Shown here piece by piece: positions 1 through 10,193 of a stretch of DNA of 64,000 nt (position 1 is the stretch's first letter; every line of letters begins with the position of its first letter). This DNA comes from Candidatus Uhrbacteria bacterium. Lineage in GTDB: Bacteria; Patescibacteriota; Patescibacteriia; UBA9934. Below the pieces are notes generated by a model that was not told where the DNA came from, ran no database searches, and saw only the letters and a list, made by a program, of their open reading frames with translations. The stretch is from NCBI GenBank assembly GCA_018664485.1, contig JABJOE010000002.1, forward strand, positions 11,896 to 75,895, given 5' to 3'. A program made the position numbers and the translations under genes.

Positions 1-31
1 ACAAACCTGTCAGAGCAAACCTTGGAGTAGT

Positions 32-229
32 ATGCATCACTTTCTTGGTTTCATGATCCTTGCAGCGTGTTCTGCAGATCAGATGAACTCCACGAAAACC
101 CTAAACGAAGTGGAGATATTTGAAGCATCCCCAATCCAGATAATCACAATACTCCTTCTGACCTTCACCGCACTCACTTCGTTCGTTCGGGTTCTCTTGG
201 CACTGCACAGCTCCAACGACAGCCAATAA
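32..229 (+). CDS. Small orphan protein, possible lipoprotein/membrane peptide (cassette class)
   Basis: 65-aa ORF; GGAG upstream of ATG; hydrophobic N-terminus ending LAAC; second hydrophobic segment; followed by hairpin 243-269 and TGCA. Confidence 0.5.
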   Translation: MHHFLGFMILAACSADQMNSTKTLNEVEIFEASPIQIITILLLTFTALTSFVRVLLALHSSNDSQ

Positions 230-242
230 TCTTGTACACCTC

Positions 243-275
243 AACGGCGGCCTTCTCAAGGTCGCCGTTTGTGCA
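243..275 (+). terminator. GC hairpin + TGCA 3' element
   Basis: aacggcggcctt-ctc-aaggtcgccgtt, TGCA at 272-275. Confidence 0.5.
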
Positions 276-281
276 TCAAAC

Positions 282-304
282 AAAAAAACCGCCACTCGGC
301 GGTC
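282..304 (-). terminator. Intrinsic terminator of ychF
   Basis: accgcc-actc-ggcggt hairpin with A7 run on + (U-tract on -). Confidence 0.65.
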
Positions 305-317
305 TTCTTTACTCTCT

Positions 318-1394
318 CTAGACGCCTACTCGGAAGTGGCAGACGTCACCATCTTGAACGATGTACTCTTTACCTTCGACACGAAGTTTTCCGGCGTCTC
401 GAGCTTGTGATTCACCACCCAACTCTACAAAATCACTGTATGCAATCACCTCACCTCGTATATATGCTTTTTCAAAATCAGTGTGAATCTTTCCGGCCGC
501 TTGTGGTCCAGTTGATCCAGCTTCTACTGTCCACGCACGAGTCTCCTTCTCACCTGTTGTAAAGAAGCTAATCAAATTCAATGTTTTGTAGCACATGCTG
601 ATCACTCGATCCAAACCAGACTCTTTCCATCCAAGGTCATCTAAGAAAACGCGCATGTCATCTGTGTCTAAAACTGATAACTCTGCCTCAATTTGTGCAG
701 ACACCGGAATAACCATACGGTCCTCACCGAGCGGTGACACCCAATTTGGATCACCGACAGACTCCTCGTTAACATTTACAACGTACAGAATCGGTTTCGT
801 TGTGAGAAGTTGTATATCTTTTAAAACTTCAGTTTCATCTTTTGTGAGATCTGCCTCTCGCGCGAGCGTACCGGCTTCTAGAAGAGATTTATATTTCTTC
901 AAACCGGAAACCTGGTTCATTAAAGTAACATCTTTTGATGCCTGAGCTTTTTTCTCGATTGGATCCAAACGCTTAGTAACTGTTGCAAGGTCTGCGAGCA
1001 TCAATTCCGTCTCAATTACTTCAACATCACGCAATGGGTCCAGAGAGCCATCAACGTGGACAATATCGCTATTCTCAAACGAACGAACGACGTGGGCGAT
1101 CATATCAACCTCACGAATAGTCGCTAAGAACTTATTTCCGAGCCCCTCGCCTTCGCTTGCACCCTTAACTAGGCCTGCAATATCAACAAACTCGATGGCT
1201 GTTGGGATGATTTTTGCTGTTTTTGAGAGGTCAGCAAGAATCTGGAGACGTTCATCTGGAACCTCCACGACACCAACATTTGGCTCGATCGTACAAAACG
1301 GGAAATTGGCACAATCTACCTGCTTTTTGGTTAAAGCGGTAAAAAGGGTCGATTTTCCGACATTTGGCAGTCCTACAATTCCAACTTGAAGCAT
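318..1394 (-). CDS. ychF: Ribosome-binding ATPase YchF
   Basis: [33 protein letters not shown]-terminal TGS domain. Confidence 0.97.
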   Translation of the reverse strand: MLQVGIVGLPNVGKSTLFTALTKKQVDCANFPFCTIEPNVGVVEVPDERLQILADLSKTAKIIPTAIEFVDIAGLVKGASEGEGLGNKFLATIREVDMIAHVVRSFENSDIVHVDGSLDPLRDVEVIETELMLADLATVTKRLDPIEKKAQASKDVTLMNQVSGLKKYKSLLEAGTLAREADLTKDETEVLKDIQLLTTKPILYVVNVNEESVGDPNWVSPLGEDRMVIPVSAQIEAELSVLDTDDMRVFLDDLGWKESGLDRVISMCYKTLNLISFFTTGEKETRAWTVEAGSTGPQAAGKIHTDFEKAYIRGEVIAYSDFVELGGESQARDAGKLRVEGKEYIVQDGDVCHFRVGV

Positions 1395-1534
1395 ATGAGG
1401 GTTATAGATTTTATGGAAAACAGGTCAGTCTAGGGACTATAAAGAGAAATACCCCTAATTCTGTCGCATCATAGTAGCTCATGGGAGAAGTTACAAGGCT
1501 TTCACCTATATATAGCAAATATGAGATTCTCGGA

Positions 1535-1563
1535 TTGACAATCTAAGCTTAAAACGGTAAATT
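1535..1563 (+). promoter_or_regulatory. Sigma70-type promoter of the orphan caspase-like gene
   Basis: TTGACA 1535-1540, 17-nt spacer, TAAATT 1558-1563; GAGAGGA SD at 1597-1603. Confidence 0.6.
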
Positions 1564-1607
1564 ACCGTCTTCCCTCAAGTCGAGGAGAAGATATCCGAGA
1601 GGAACAC

Positions 1608-2828
1608 ATGACCTACCTTCCAACGATGTTGGCCCTGCTCGGATTCTCTACCGCGCATGCTGCGCGAAACGAGATCCCGGCCGAGCCTACCCCCATCACC
1701 TACACAGTCTTCATTGGCCCGAGCTATGAGCTTCAGGGTCAGCCCACCTTCACCAAGGGCGCCGCAACCTGCGAAGCGCTCGCAAGCCGTTTCGAGTCGG
1801 AAACGAACCCGGCGTCTATCGCCCTGTGCGGTATCGACGCTACGAAAGATGGGATCACTTCTGCACTCTCCGTAACGGTTTCAGCCCTCACGCCACATGA
1901 CAACCTCCTGGTTGTTTATCTGGGTCAGGGTTGGGAGACACAGGGCGGACACTACAAGCTGCTGCCTGCTGACTTCTCCCTTGAAAGTGGGATCGCCGGT
2001 CTCGAAGAATCAAGCATTGATTTCGAGCGTGACTTCAAGTGGACGCTTCGCAATGCATCCAACCAAGGTGGTGAAGTCGTAATCCTGATGGACGCCGTTC
2101 ACTCCGTTCACATTGAGCTCACGCCCTCCGGTGTAGAAGAGGGGGAGCCTTCCGGAATCTTGACGATCGGACCGACTGCAGCCAACTTCAATGATGGCCA
2201 AGATGCAGGGCTGCTGATCGTTTCTGCCACAGGAGGCGAGTACACCATCGATGACGGACTCTTCGGAGGTATCGTTGAAGATTCACTCGCAGGCCAGGCG
2301 GACGAAGACGGAGACGGCAAGCTCACCTTCGGGGAGCTCAAGCTGTTCGTGTTGTCGGAAAGTGCCACAAGGACAAAAGGCCAACAGAAAGGGCTGAGCG
2401 AAGGGCCGTGGATGCTGATGCATGAAGTGCATTTCATGGACCTTCCAGTCCCGAGTGCACCGAAGCGCCAGCGGAGCGGCTTGAATGTCGCGAGTCTGCG
2501 CAAGCCTGCGCTCTACAGCGGCATCGGTCTGTCCGTTGCCGGATGTGGGGTCACGATTGTCGGGCGAGTGATGGCAAACGGTGCCTACGCAGACATGGAC
2601 GCAGGTAACTACAGCGACCGCGACCAATACAACGACCTCGTGGGCACCTACGAAACTGGTGCCGGGCTCTACCCGGTTGGAATCGCAACCTGCACCACGG
2701 GTCTCGTACTCACCGCAACGAGCTTCATTCTCGGAAAAGGGAATGGTGACAAGAAGGTCACCCTCACGCCCGCCGTGACCGGAACCACCGGAGCCAACGC
2801 AACCGTCGGATTCACCGCTCGCTGGTGA
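1608..2828 (+). CDS. Secreted caspase-fold (peptidase C14-like) protein, catalytic dyad substituted
   Basis: Signal peptide; VYLGQG and LMDAVHS align to C14 motifs YxGHG and DACHS; DEDGDGKLTFGEL EF-hand-like loop; hydrophobic C-terminal segments. Confidence 0.65.
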   Translation: MTYLPTMLALLGFSTAHAARNEIPAEPTPITYTVFIGPSYELQGQPTFTKGAATCEALASRFESETNPASIALCGIDATKDGITSALSVTVSALTPHDNLLVVYLGQGWETQGGHYKLLPADFSLESGIAGLEESSIDFERDFKWTLRNASNQGGEVVILMDAVHSVHIELTPSGVEEGEPSGILTIGPTAANFNDGQDAGLLIVSATGGEYTIDDGLFGGIVEDSLAGQADEDGDGKLTFGELKLFVLSESATRTKGQQKGLSEGPWMLMHEVHFMDLPVPSAPKRQRSGLNVASLRKPALYSGIGLSVAGCGVTIVGRVMANGAYADMDAGNYSDRDQYNDLVGTYETGAGLYPVGIATCTTGLVLTATSFILGKGNGDKKVTLTPAVTGTTGANATVGFTARW

Positions 2829-2845
2829 CTCCTCGTACAACTTCG

Positions 2846-2882
2846 ATGCCCCGGGTCGCTTGCGACTCGGGGCATTATTGCA
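2846..2882 (+). terminator. GC hairpin + TGCA 3' element
   Basis: atgccccgggtcgc-tt-gcgactcggggcat, tat, TGCA 2879-2882. Confidence 0.55.
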
Positions 2883-2899
2883 CCTATATTTAACTGTCT

Positions 2900-5290
2900 C
2901 TAGTCTTCCGCACCGGCATCATCCACAACCACTTCTTCAACTCCTTCAAGTGGCACAGGAACTTCCTCGGCTGCGGCAATTCCAGCTTCTAGCCTCGCAA
3001 TTTGAGCAAGTACAGTTTCATGACCCGGATTACTTTCCAAAATAGCCAAAAGTGCATCGATAGCTGATTCTTGGTCTCCTAACTCCTCATACACAGCAGC
3101 CAAATACCAATGCGCATTTGCATAGCTTGGTGATAATGCGACAGTACGTTCCAACTCAACTTGTGCAGCGTCGATCTTCCCCTGTCGTAGATAGAGCAGC
3201 CCAAGCTGGAAAGAAACCCCTACATCATAAGGGTTTGCATCGCGCAAAACCACCATCCTATTTATTGCCTCCGACACATTACCGGAACGTTCGTATGCAA
3301 GTGCCAAGTAGTAGTAGGCTATCGCGTAATCGTCTTTAAGAGTAAGTGCATACTCCAAATTTTCAATAGATTCTACCAAGGCCTCGCGACGGCTAGTCTC
3401 GGCCACAGCAGCATACTCCTCATCATCACTTGTTGTGAGTACTGAGAGCTGGTCTGCATGCACAACATATGCACGAGACAACGCAACATAATACTTTGGA
3501 TTATTTGGAGCGAGTTCAATACTCTTTTGATACGCACCAATAGCTAGAACATCTGACCCTGAAATAAGCGGTGCAATCTCTCTATATATATCACCCAACA
3601 ATGTCCAATTGAGTACATTGCTTTCCGAAATATCTACGGCCGTCTGGGCAGCGGTCAGCGATCGTTCAACAGCAGACTGAATTTCACTTGGATGAGCTTC
3701 GTTATCTGACACCACTTCAACGGTCTTTGCCAAATATGCCTGCGCTAAATTCCGTTGATAGACATCGCTCCAACGATTCAACCGCACAGCATTATCTAGC
3801 TGCACAATCACTTCATCAGTTGTAGCTCCTTGCTCACTTAATGACACCGCTTTACCGAAAGCAACCTCCGCCCCATAGCGTGCACCTGACACGAATAGCA
3901 TGGTCAACAGAAGAACGTTCGTTATCACAAAACCGAATGTTGTGAGCAGTGCTGTTCTCGATGATTTCGAGAACGTAAATGTTTTTTCCTTCAAAATAAC
4001 CTGGCTTACCAAAATTGCCGTAAGCAGCCAGAACACAAATGATAACGTCATATTGCTCACATAGAAAAACTGAGCAAAGACACTCAACGTCCAACCACCA
4101 AATGTAACAAATGTCATTTTCCACTCATCATCACTTTGGTTTTGAACCATCAATCGCATTAGCGCCATTGCAGCCAACCAAAGCACCATCAATAAGTATA
4201 GTGCAACCGGTATTACGCCGAGTGTTGAGGTCATTGTTAGAATGTGGCTTGAACTTCGATCAAATTGTTGATCCCAAACAAGTGTTTCGTTGATTTCCGG
4301 CGAATGATACTGAGCGTAATCCATTACGAATGTTCCAGGCCCAGATCCAAATGCCCATGATTCGTTTTGCAATGTTTGCTTTGTTATGTCCCAGCTATAT
4401 TGATGAGAAATGCTCAATTCCGATGCAAATCCATTTGGCACAACGCTCGGAAGGAATAGGAAGAGCAGTGCAATGACAAATAATGCCATTGGGATTACAA
4501 ACCTACCAACTTGTGGGAATTCTTTGATCCGCAAAAGCGCAAACGAGAACAACAGTCCGGTACCTATCAACAACATCGCCCAGAACAGCCAGTAATCAAG
4601 TGCTAGCAAAATAATCGTTGATCCGATAATCGTAATAAGCATTGATAGACGTACGGCCCCACCCACAAAACCATCAGGCAAAATTCGTCTTTTCGCTGTT
4701 CGGTCATCAACTAACCACACGCTCGCAGATAGAACCGTCATTATTGATAGATATGCGCCCATTGCATAGGGAGTCCCGACTACTTCAATTGCACTCCATG
4801 AAAAGAACTGTACGAAAGATAAAACTGTAACAATCGCTGAGCTTAAAAACAGCGCACTCCACACACGTCGCTGAGTTACGGTTTCAGGTAACGTATGCGC
4901 ACCAATTGCCATCAATGCACAAAACGAAATTAATGAAATAACGCTTGTATACTCTTGCCCCGCATGACCAACCCAGCTTGTAAACGGCGCAATAGAGAAA
5001 ACGGCAGACACAACAACACCCACAACGAATGCAATTAGAAGCCACCACCATATGTGGGACCTTACTTCTGCTTTTCGCTCAACTACCATCGCGCCTAACC
5101 ATGCGATCATCGCAAGTGAGCTTCCTAAAATAAGAAGTGTTTGCTTGTTGATCTCGAGTGCATCGAGCGTCCACGGAAGCGCAAGAAGAGGGATCGCAAA
5201 TGTGAGTAAATAAAACAATCCGCGTGCTGCAGATCTGTACCACTGCGCAAGGCGGACCGTTTGTTTTGTTTGAGAGTTCATAGAACTCAT
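2900..5290 (-). CDS. Polytopic membrane protein with O-antigen ligase (Wzy_C)-like loop and C-terminal TPRs
   Basis: About 12 TM helices, FGSGPGTF loop motif, TPR-like helices (AYYYLALAYE, FQLGLLYL, AHWYLAAVY). Confidence 0.75.
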   Translation of the reverse strand: MSSMNSQTKQTVRLAQWYRSAARGLFYLLTFAIPLLALPWTLDALEINKQTLLILGSSLAMIAWLGAMVVERKAEVRSHIWWWLLIAFVVGVVVSAVFSIAPFTSWVGHAGQEYTSVISLISFCALMAIGAHTLPETVTQRRVWSALFLSSAIVTVLSFVQFFSWSAIEVVGTPYAMGAYLSIMTVLSASVWLVDDRTAKRRILPDGFVGGAVRLSMLITIIGSTIILLALDYWLFWAMLLIGTGLLFSFALLRIKEFPQVGRFVIPMALFVIALLFLFLPSVVPNGFASELSISHQYSWDITKQTLQNESWAFGSGPGTFVMDYAQYHSPEINETLVWDQQFDRSSSHILTMTSTLGVIPVALYLLMVLWLAAMALMRLMVQNQSDDEWKMTFVTFGGWTLSVFAQFFYVSNMTLSFVFWLLTAILVSQVILKEKTFTFSKSSRTALLTTFGFVITNVLLLTMLFVSGARYGAEVAFGKAVSLSEQGATTDEVIVQLDNAVRLNRWSDVYQRNLAQAYLAKTVEVVSDNEAHPSEIQSAVERSLTAAQTAVDISESNVLNWTLLGDIYREIAPLISGSDVLAIGAYQKSIELAPNNPKYYVALSRAYVVHADQLSVLTTSDDEEYAAVAETSRREALVESIENLEYALTLKDDYAIAYYYLALAYERSGNVSEAINRMVVLRDANPYDVGVSFQLGLLYLRQGKIDAAQVELERTVALSPSYANAHWYLAAVYEELGDQESAIDALLAILESNPGHETVLAQIARLEAGIAAAEEVPVPLEGVEEVVVDDAGAED

Positions 5291-5301
5291 TCTATCACAA
5301 T

Positions 5302-8300
5302 CTATACTGTCTCGTCGTCGATATCACCCTCTAACTCGCTACTCGTATCTGCAATTTCTTGCTCATCGTCTACGGTGTCGGCGTCTACATCATCCTGCGC
5401 AACCTCCGTGACTTCATCTTGCACATCATCAACCTGAACGTCGGACTCCTCTTCTTCCTCAGAGACAACTTCTTCTTCGACTACATCTTCTTCGATTAAT
5501 TCCTCTTCAACAGCTTCCTCAACTATCTCTTCTTCCTGCTCGTCCTCAACTATTTCCTCAACCTCTTCCTCGTCCGTTGTCTCATCAATATCTTCTACAG
5601 AATCGACTATCTCTTCTTGCTCATCGTCGTTATCCTCATCCTCGGCCTCGTCTGTATCGACCGCCTCTGCCGCGTCATCACTGTCGTCAACTTCTGAGTC
5701 TGTGCCATCAAGTTGTTCGCTCTGACTGTCTTCCTCATCAATCTCCTCTTCCTCTTCAGGCTGTTCATCGTCAGTTTCCTCAGGCGCGTGATCTTTCAAA
5801 TATGCAATAACCATCCAATCAACAGTTGCAGTTGATCGAACTTCATCAATCGCCGACTCTCGAATGCTAAATCCTTCATTGTCACGATTAACAGCGTAAA
5901 GTGGACCGGTTGGCTGATCAGCCGTTAGGAAAACTCGATATGAAACGCCCTGAGCAATAATGTCGTTAAAGAGTGCGTCTTCAAATTCAAAGTTAACTGC
6001 AGCCGCACCATCTTTCAGATTTGCAGTTCCGGATAACTCAACTGTTTGCTGTCGAGAGAATGTCGCATATGTCTCCACATCTTCATTCTGATATGACCGA
6101 ACAACCTGCACCACGGCACCATTCGTTGTAATAGTTCCGTCTTGCGCGATGGACCATTGCTGACCAACTCCTGTGATTGCAGCGATGTTAATGATCTGAC
6201 CGGTGTTGAAATTAACCGTTCCAGACAGATCTAATGTTGATGCGTTGGCAAGATTTGAGATCAAACTGTCGGCAAGTGGCGCCTCGTCAACCGGACCGCC
6301 GTCATAATAGGAAGGTCGGACAAATACACTCACCGAACCTACCTCTCCTTGGAATGCTTCCATAGCGTAACCGAGAATTGGTCCCGCCTCCGTTGCTTTC
6401 ATTGCGTAACCGTCTTTACTTGAAGTTGTAAGTGGATCTCCGATTGAGATATCTCCATTTTCACCTGACACATAAGTTGGTACACGACCAGAAAGTGCTA
6501 CCGGTACATGGCCCTCAATATTCTCACCCGCCAAGAACCCAGGTTGTGTTGAAATGATACCTGCGATCCGTTGATCATATGTTATTCCGGTCGATCGCAT
6601 TACGTGCTCATCGTCATTTGCAAAGACAACTACTTCTCCCGGAGCAAGCGTCTGCGCTGACGGGAACATCTCTGCAAAGTCATATGATCCAGCACCCCAA
6701 CCAGAAGCATTGGTACGCATGAAGTCTCCACCAGCACCTGACGATCCGTCGTAGTAAATGTATGTATCAGTTTGAAGTGTTCCGCGGTCAGATGGGTACA
6801 GTCGACCAGCGATTGCCAGATCTCCATCGTTATTTACGAAAGCAACTTCATCCTCATCGTCATTTAATATAGAAAGTTTGTAGTCACTACTGTCAGTGAC
6901 ATCTGTAAACATACTCATTCCAATTGTACTATCGGTATCGCCCAACATTGTAAGCGCTGATGAGATAGCTACGTCCCCGTCATCGTCAGAAATGATTCCG
7001 ACACCATGCCATCCTGGCTGAATGAATACCTGGATCAATCCGGTACCTGAGCTATGAGCTTCAAGCGCACGACCAATCGTGTATCCGACTCCTGTAGCTT
7101 TCATTGCAACTCCGTTTACCGATGATAGCGCTACGTAATCACCTATCGAGATTGACCCACCGTCAGTATTTACGTTGACCGGAACCTGTCCTAGAAGAGC
7201 TACAGGTACATACCCGCCGTCATCTTGCCAATTGTCTGTCCAGTTACCAAGTGTATTTGGATTTACAGATAAAACACCAATCACCCCCGAAGGATCATTT
7301 GCAACAACAGCTTCTCCAGATGAGGTTAGAGAAATTACATCACCTCTGACGAAATCTGCGTATGTCCCATCAAATAACTCGGCGTAATCAGACCCTGCAG
7401 ACGCAGCGGTCACCCCTCCAGACCCATCACCCTCGATGGCTCCGATAGGTGTACCTGTAGCATCTCGAAATTCAATATAATCACAGGCAGTTGTCGGAGT
7501 GCTTCCCGATGCTGTAGAACAGGCTTGAATAGAAATTCCCTGCCTATTATCGTTATCGCCCCCATTTACAAATGACGCCATGAATGTACTTGTACTCGCG
7601 TCAACTACAAGTACCTGTGAAGAGCTCGTTCCGGCTCCATTAATTTCAAAGGCGTCCCACACAAATAGATCACCAGCTCCAGTCGCCACGTTTGCGGTAG
7701 TAGGAGTAGAGGTGGACTCGATGTGAGTTGCAGAGCCATAGAAATATCCGGCATAGTTATTCGTTCCTGCACTCGCCTGACCACGTACACCGTAACGAGT
7801 TGTCCCTTCAGTATTTGAACTAAAGTCTCCACCCATAGTTGTAGTCGCTGTTCCAGAACCTGCTGTAACATTTCCAAGCACACCTTTAGCCGTTGTAATC
7901 ACACCATTGAGTGGGATCACCTGACCGTGCACACCAATTACATTTCCAACCGTCGTAGCTGCAGCATCATTCGTTCCCTGCCCTAAAACACCAACAACCC
8001 TGTTGCCTACAGCAGTTCCGTTAGTGGACTGGTTTTCAGATACACCTTTGATCGCATACATCTCTTCGATCTGTCCGGATGATGACGTGTTAACCACCTC
8101 AGACAAAAAACCAATAGGCTCATGTAATTCTCCTCCACCACCTTCACTTACGTCTGACACAAGTCTGACATGTGACCCTACTGCCTGATACGTACCGGCA
8201 CCTCCACTTGCACCAGCAGATACGGTTCCTGAGGTATCAAATGCATACGTAACCCCTGGTGACGCTCCATAATCTGGCGCTGCAAAGTGCTCTATATTAC

Positions 8301-10182
8301 CTCCCTGGAAGCTCCATCTGTCTGCTGTCGTATATGAAATTGAACCCGTATCCCCTGCACTCGAGTACATATTAAAATCTGCGCTAGTACCCGCACCGTC
8401 ACCAAGACGCATCAAATTTGCAGACTCATCAATCGAAAATGCTGATGCCAAAACCGATGCACCTACAGAAAAATCATCAGTTGACGCGGTCGATACAAGT
8501 CCTGACCCTGAATTCAATGTTAAATTCCCACTTCCGCCAGATAGAACTTCCAGTGCTCCAGTAGACGCAAAAGTTGTATCATCGATAGTTAAAGTTCCGC
8601 TTGAATTTATTGTTAGAGCATCTCCTCCATCACCAATAATAGTTGCCTGATCAAAAGTTAGATCACCACCATCGATATCCAGAAGCATGTCGCCTGTAGT
8701 CTGGATCTCACCATCCATATAGTTTGTTGAGAAAGCTCCAGCCGTAAATCCAATATCTGAGAACACCTCTCCGTCAGCCTCAATGCGGAACACGTTATTA
8801 TCAGTAGATCCGAAGTTTGTTTGGATATTAAAAATGTCTGCCGTATCAGTTGTTTCAGTTACATCAATAGACAATGCCATTCCCGCATCATTAGTAAAGT
8901 TCCCACCAACCAGATCCAAAATATTACCGGCAGTTAGCACGTCTGCTGTAATAACGGCAGCACTAGCAGTAGTCGCCTCGGAATCAATATCAAAGGCAGG
9001 TGCCGTCGCTGTATTGCTATCGATCAATAGCACTGACCCTGTTGCCGCAGTATTATTCTGAGTAATAGCAAGCAATGACCCTGTTTCATTTAGAGTTCCA
9101 CCGTTCGCAGTAGTACTCGCTCCTAAAATCGATACAAACGGACCAGATACATTTACAGTGGTAGAACCACCGTCTGACGTTAGATCGCGTACAATATCCA
9201 ACCCCATTCCAGTATATGCAGTTGTACCGGATGTATATGTCGCTGAATGATCTGCGCGTATCAATTTTCCGGAAGTAAGAGCAGAAGACGTCGAACCAAC
9301 ATCGATACCAATACCCGTTGTGAGCGCATCGAGCGACCAGCTCATTGCAGTCGCAGTTGTCAGACTATCTGCCAACAAAGCGATAGCTGGAGCAGTAGTT
9401 CCATTGTATGTGTATTGAATCTGTCTTGAGTCGTTTATATTCAGGAACTCCGTACCTGCATCCTGCAAAATAAAATCTCCAGTACTTTGAAGGTCGACTA
9501 TAAGATCAAGCCCGGCTCCATCTAGTGAAAACTCTAAATCAGTCGCATCAACATTCAAAATGGTGTCGCTACCGTTACTATAAACTTGGTCTAAATTAAA
9601 GTCTGCAGAGCTTAGACCATCAAGAGATTCGGCATTCAGCGCGTATGGAACGGAGTCAACCGCCTTTCTTGGCGTAAGAGTCTCACCTCCAATATAAATC
9701 TGTAAAAACGTAGATGCGTTGTCAGCGAATATCGAATCACCAATCGCAGCCCACGGTGAAGCATCACCAGTGTCACCCATTCGTGCAGTAAACAATCCGT
9801 CAGTAAGCGTTACGGTTCGAGCAGTCGTAGATGCTGGTGTGTCCGAGTCACAAGTAGCTGAAGAGTTTGACCAAAGACAAGTTCCACCCGTAACTGCAGA
9901 GTAAATCTCGAACTTCATGCTAGCGGTTGCATCTGTAACTGGCACACCATTAGAATCAAGAACTCTTCCCTGATATGAAACTGTATTTGGAGGTGAAACA
10001 GCTTGAGCGTCCTGAGGGCCATTAAACGTTACCCCAAACCCCATTGAAATCCCAAGCAACATCACAAGCAATGCTGTGATGCGCGTAAACATCTGTCGTA
10101 ATGATTTCACTCTGTAACTACTCATAAGGTTGGGACTTGGTCCCGCGTGGGCTGATACCCACACGTCTGATTTCTCAGACAT
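5302..10182 (-). CDS. Giant exported tail-fibre-like surface protein with acidic tail (start may be 10092)
   Basis: Signal/TM segment, SYQGRVLD...VPYALNA N-domain, G/S/T-rich beta repeats, two D[YF]AE modules, ~160-aa D/E-rich C-terminus. Confidence 0.75.
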   Translation of the reverse strand: MSEKSDVWVSAHAGPSPNLMSSYRVKSLRQMFTRITALLVMLLGISMGFGVTFNGPQDAQAVSPPNTVSYQGRVLDSNGVPVTDATASMKFEIYSAVTGGTCLWSNSSATCDSDTPASTTARTVTLTDGLFTARMGDTGDASPWAAIGDSIFADNASTFLQIYIGGETLTPRKAVDSVPYALNAESLDGLSSADFNLDQVYSNGSDTILNVDATDLEFSLDGAGLDLIVDLQSTGDFILQDAGTEFLNINDSRQIQYTYNGTTAPAIALLADSLTTATAMSWSLDALTTGIGIDVGSTSSALTSGKLIRADHSATYTSGTTAYTGMGLDIVRDLTSDGGSTTVNVSGPFVSILGASTTANGGTLNETGSLLAITQNNTAATGSVLLIDSNTATAPAFDIDSEATTASAAVITADVLTAGNILDLVGGNFTNDAGMALSIDVTETTDTADIFNIQTNFGSTDNNVFRIEADGEVFSDIGFTAGAFSTNYMDGEIQTTGDMLLDIDGGDLTFDQATIIGDGGDALTINSSGTLTIDDTTFASTGALEVLSGGSGNLTLNSGSGLVSTASTDDFSVGASVLASAFSIDESANLMRLGDGAGTSADFNMYSSAGDTGSISYTTADRWSFQGGNIEHFAAPDYGASPGVTYAFDTSGTVSAGASGGAGTYQAVGSHVRLVSDVSEGGGGELHEPIGFLSEVVNTSSSGQIEEMYAIKGVSENQSTNGTAVGNRVVGVLGQGTNDAAATTVGNVIGVHGQVIPLNGVITTAKGVLGNVTAGSGTATTTMGGDFSSNTEGTTRYGVRGQASAGTNNYAGYFYGSATHIESTSTPTTANVATGAGDLFVWDAFEINGAGTSSSQVLVVDASTSTFMASFVNGGDNDNRQGISIQACSTASGSTPTTACDYIEFRDATGTPIGAIEGDGSGGVTAASAGSDYAELFDGTYADFVRGDVISLTSSGEAVVANDPSGVIGVLSVNPNTLGNWTDNWQDDGGYVPVALLGQVPVNVNTDGGSISIGDYVALSSVNGVAMKATGVGYTIGRALEAHSSGTGLIQVFIQPGWHGVGIISDDDGDVAISSALTMLGDTDSTIGMSMFTDVTDSSDYKLSILNDDEDEVAFVNNDGDLAIAGRLYPSDRGTLQTDTYIYYDGSSGAGGDFMRTNASGWGAGSYDFAEMFPSAQTLAPGEVVVFANDDEHVMRSTGITYDQRIAGIISTQPGFLAGENIEGHVPVALSGRVPTYVSGENGDISIGDPLTTSSKDGYAMKATEAGPILGYAMEAFQGEVGSVSVFVRPSYYDGGPVDEAPLADSLISNLANASTLDLSGTVNFNTGQIINIAAITGVGQQWSIAQDGTITTNGAVVQVVRSYQNEDVETYATFSRQQTVELSGTANLKDGAAAVNFEFEDALFNDIIAQGVSYRVFLTADQPTGPLYAVNRDNEGFSIRESAIDEVRSTATVDWMVIAYLKDHAPEETDDEQPEEEEEIDEEDSQSEQLDGTDSEVDDSDDAAEAVDTDEAEDEDNDDEQEEIVDSVEDIDETTDEEEVEEIVEDEQEEEIVEEAVEEELIEEDVVEEEVVSEEEEESDVQVDDVQDEVTEVAQDDVDADTVDDEQEIADTSSELEGDIDDETV

Positions 10183-10193
10183 GTGCTCACCAA

